A stretch of DNA of 54,053 nt, counting the filler, from Sphacelaria rigidula (lineage: Eukaryota), in assembly GCA_964200075.2 (NCBI GenBank). It is 4 parts of 4 records of this genome, joined end to end, with 100 filler letters (N's around TTAATTAATTAA, not from the genome) between each part and the next. Parts side by side here need not be neighbours in the genome. Positions count along the whole stretch, not along the records: positions 40,619 to 54,053 come from CAXNAA020002887.1; 3 more parts are not named here. One strand, written 5' to 3'. The translations under genes and the position numbers were made by a program. Position 1 is the stretch's first letter. Each line of letters starts with the position of its first letter. Under the pieces are notes generated by a model. That model ran no database searches. It saw only the letters and a list, made by a program, of their open reading frames with translations, and had not been told where the DNA came from. Of this stretch, positions 50,107 through 54,053 are shown in pieces.

Positions 50107-52580
50107 CCGCGACAAAACCAACTACTTCGCGCTGACTGAGTGGCTTAGTGGTGATGTTCGTTCTGGCGAACAAGAGGAGTGCGAGCTCGATTCTCGGCCC
50201 GGTCACTTCTTATTTCGCGTTTTCGTGGAAATATCTCAGAGTGGCCTCGCCTCCCTGATCACCTTGGTAGCGTTGGTGAGGGGCGTCCCGGGGAAGACAC
50301 CGAGAGATACGAACTCAAGAACACTTCTTTCGTTCGTTCTGACGAAACCTATCTACTGTTGTGTTGACCTGTCACACAAGAACGGCGATGTAAGTCAACA
50401 CACCAACGCGTCAATAGAACGTTGACACAATAATGTAGGTATTCCCGACCTCCTGTTTCTCTCCATTCGGGGATCAAATCGCTGTAACCCCTCCCCAAAC
50501 ACGATGGGGGGTGGTATATACCGTTGTGGCCCGATACATATGGATTTACACACAAGTGACAATGCCCCTGAACACGTGCGAGACATCGCTCAAACGTGTT
50601 CACCCTATACACTAGTTTCATGACCTCCCCCTCCCCCCATCTGGGTTCCCAGGGGCAAACTCAATGCATCCCCTACCCGAACAAACTAAGCGGGAAGGAG
50701 GTGTTGTCCGAGATCTTATTCATTTGCGGATACCGATAAAACTGAACACGTGACCGGTACCGATAGGAAGCCTACAATCTACCCTAGGCAGTGTTACATT
50801 CCAGCATTCTTAGCGGGACTATATACACTTCGGGGAAGACCTTGTTACATACGAATGGCGATGCTCCGGAACACGCGAGAGGCAACGTTCAGATGTACCC
50901 ACCTTACCCCACTGCTTCATCACCCCTGCCCCTGGAGGAATAAAATAAACTCATCATCTCCCCGAAAAGAGTGGTTTGACGGAAGGAATGCGCTTTTTTT
51001 CTGAGGCTCTCTGCACTGTCGGAGCGTCTGGATGACAAACATCTGGGCCTTAGTGTGTAGCCTCAGAATGGTTTTGAACTATAATGTGCATCCCTACCGT
51101 AGAATCCCTCAAAATAACAGCAGAAAGGGGTGTTACCCGATGCATGGTTCATTTCCGGCCGGACAACAATTTATCCGAACACGTGAACGATACCAATAAA
51201 CAGCCCATCACCTACTGAAGGTAGTGACACATGTTCTTGTGTCACAAGAATCCAGACACCCCGGTCATATCGTTCCATCTCCGTCACAAGTACGCGCTGG
51301 GAGCGAAATCAATCGTCAGGGCCTGTTATGGGGATGTCCATGAACACACGAGGGTTGTGTTCACGTGAACTTTTACATCCTCCTTGCTGATTTGAGATCA
51401 CCCTTCTCCCGCTTCCCGACCATGATAAGAGTATATCTCCTCCGCAAACACCCTCACCCGAGGGGTGGGGTTATGTGACCGTTTGCAGGCGAACTACACG
51501 ATGATGCTTCTGAGCGCATGACAGGTATCGTCAAACATCGACACCCTCACTATGTACTCCTAGGAGGATCAGGAGCACCACCGTTTGCGACAGGACAAAA
51601 CGGTGGATACCACGGCCAGGTACGGCTACTTCTCTATCCCTGGAAAATCCTGTTCCACCCTCCATGCCAAGAAAGTCTTGATGGTCATGGGTTCCCCACT
51701 ACATTACCCCAACCCGAATGTGAACGACTACTGTAACAACGTTTTCGTGAGATTGAGAGTCTAGCATACGGTTGAGAGTGAGAAGCGATCAGCCAATGAC
51801 GGGAATAGTGTCCCTTCCAAAATACTACTCCGAGTCTTACACGAGGCCTGATACGCTTTCTCTGTAGTAGCGTGTCACTGGAGCCTTCGATATCCCTGCG
51901 TAGGGTATCGACATGTAGTAGCTGAAACCCAACCTCAATCAAAGCTAGACTCTCGTTCTCACGAAAACACTTTTTAGATATTATCACCCGACATACGCGA
52001 TTCGATCTTCACACTGTTGCTGCAGGCGCGAGGGGTAAGGCCTTTTATTACTGGAAGTAAACAATCTCCACCTGTACGCAGATTGGGGGAGCTCAAATAG
52101 GGAAACACATTCTGCGGACCCCAATGTGGACCAGATCGTGGAAGCTCAAACCGGAATGTCACGATTTGAAAACGATCTCCCCCGAGTTTCCGCCAAATTG
52201 GGGGAAAGTTAATCTTCACCCAATCTGTACGAAGTGACATACGTGCAGTGACGTACGGCGACAGGGCAACAGACGTTTGATATTTTGCGACCACAGCAGC
52301 AGACAGTCTCGCGACAGCGCGCAGGCGATTCCTCTCCGCCGGCTGCTGCAGGAGCTGCGCATGGGTTTGACGAGCGGATAAGAAGTGTTGACGCCGTACG
52401 TTGCGGCGATGGCAATATTACAGGTGCACTGCGCTGCCGTATGTATCACCATAACCAACGGTATTATACTGTCCTTCCCCCTTATGTCCCTGTACTTGCA
52501 GGATGATGTACGGCGCTGCACTACTGAACTCTTCTTGCACACTATTGGCTGTTCTCAACACGAGATCTCACAAATTAGTG

Positions 52581-52979
52581 GTGGATCTTTTATTGGGAAT
52601 GAGAAACCCGGAGGATCAAAATCTCCGTATCCACACCAAATCTTCGAAATATGGTTCCATTTCTTCACCTACTGATAGCTTTTGACAACTGCTACGTCTC
52701 ATACAAATAAATTTGGATCTCGATAGCCGAAATGTTGGGGTCCTAGGTGAAAAACTAATTTTGGAGAGTTCTGGGTGTCCGAACGGACGCCAAAATGGTT
52801 CCGAAATTGGTTCTTCACCTAGGACCGCAACATTTCGGTGATCGAAATCCAAATTTCTAAGGCTTGTAGCAGTTGTCAGTAGCTATTAGTAGGTGAAAAA
52901 TGAAACCATATTTCGAAGGTTTGGTGTGGATACGAAGATTTTAATTCTCCGGGTTTCTCGTCCCCAATAAAAGATCCAC
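52581..52979. mobile_element. ~400-bp foldback (whole-length inverted repeat) element
   Basis: GTGGATCTTTTATTGGG...GTCC-GAAC-GGAC...CCCAATAAAAGATCCAC; the two ~200-bp arms pair along their whole length with scattered mismatches. Confidence 0.9.
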
Positions 52980-53194
52980 ACGTATGACAGCTCATGAGCT
53001 AGCTCATCTGCGGACGGTAGCTCACTTGTAGTCAAACATGTACATGTGAGCCACGTCCGATAGCTCAACACAAGGTAACCGTGCGCTGATGAGCTACGAG
53101 TTGGTAGCTCACCCAGGACAAACATGCGTAGCTCATGCAGCTCTCATACAGGCTGGTTCACGAATATCACCCAAAAAACACTCATCGGCAAAAC

Positions 53195-53672
53195 TTCACG
53201 CCGTTTAAAGGAGTTAGACCCTGAAATTTTGCACAAATGTTCTATGGGTCATCGCGAAACTTTGAAGGAACGGGGTTTTTCGATTTTTAAAAAAACCTTT
53301 TTCACCATTTCTCGGGGATCTCAGTTTTTTGGGGGAAACCTCGACCCAATCGGGCCCCCGTAAAACGAAAACAAACTTCATGGAAATTCAAGCATCAATC
53401 GATCGAGTTTTGCGACGAAAATTTGTGGAGCCTATGCTTGGGTTATGCAGAGGCAGATAGTACGCGAAAAAATGAAAAAAAAAAACGTAGTGCCCTTTTT
53501 CTGGGGTCCCAGAATGAAGACTACTTCGAAAAACGACTTCGATCCCGTCGGACCCCCGAAAAACGTGAAAAACTCGAGAAGTACGAACAACATCGTCCGT
53601 AAAAAGTTACGTAATGATACATGGCATATTTATGCGAAGTTTCAGGATTTAACTCCTAATGACAGCGTGAAA
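53195..53672. repeat. AT-rich segment bounded by ~45-bp imperfect inverted repeats, with an internal direct repeat
   Basis: TTCACGCCGTTTAAAGGAGTTAGACCCTGAAATTTTGCA versus TGCGAAGTTTCAGGATTTAACTCCTAATGACAGCGTGAA; direct repeat TCGA.CC..TCGG.CCCCCG.AAAACG at ~53341 and ~53539. Confidence 0.65.
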
Positions 53673-53739
53673 ATTTGCGCGTTTGTGGAGGACGTGGGCT
53701 TGAAACGTGCAACTCCTAACTACTTGGTTTTAGTATAGA

Positions 53740-54053
53740 AAGGTCTTTCAGGGTGAATTTGACGAGAAGGGAAGAAAAACCGTGTGAGGTTTTCGAATGT
53801 TTCCACCAAACTCTGAACATGTGTTTCTTGGACTCTCCCGGGACGCATCATTTCATTCTTATTTTTCTAGGGCATTCTGTACGGCCTTCCGGGGGTCTTC
53901 ATCCTGAAACCCCCGGAAGCCGGTAGAGAACGCAAAAAACATGATATATTTTCAAGAATACAACTTTTCTATTTTGAGCATCAATACCTGCGGAACTGCT
54001 GAGTTTGAGGGCGATCTGAGCTTTTCTGCAACAGATATAGGGGACACCGTCAC
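53740..54053 (+). repeat. Dispersed repeat family R1, copy 3 (truncated by window end)
   Basis: Aligns with 44640-44960. Confidence 0.8.

Noticed and set aside
51500-52300. Possible decayed non-LTR endonuclease or other coding remnant on the minus strand
   Set aside because: Only a vague LIEVG motif; not enough evidence without a search.

Overview
This is eukaryotic, TE-rich genomic DNA, most consistent with a brown alga (Ectocarpus-like/Phaeophyceae, inferred from long GT-AG introns, repeat types and FNIP arrays). It is not one locus. Four contigs (1-13441, 13542-26981, 27082-40518, 40619-54053) are joined by artificial 100-bp N/TTAATTAATTAA/N linkers in order of decreasing length. Contig 1 has the 3' half of a Ty1/copia element and a multi-exon fibronectin type III (FN3) gene (+). 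Contig 2 has two decayed Ty3/gypsy elements. The first has a chromodomain plus Tudor-like integrase tail and a nested Mutator-like element (9-bp TSD). The second has a 263-bp TIR-bounded insertion that is exactly GT...AG and whose splicing would restore the pol frame (introner-like). Contig 3 has a minus-strand EF-hand/ankyrin/FN3 gene, tRNA-derived SINEs and dispersed repeats. Contig 4 has a decayed ORF region (possibly a KDZ-type transposase), a decaying FNIP-repeat array split by a SINE-containing segment, a TGT...ACA MITE with telomere-like repeats, and a 400-bp foldback element. All calls come from reading the sequence by eye; no searches were run.
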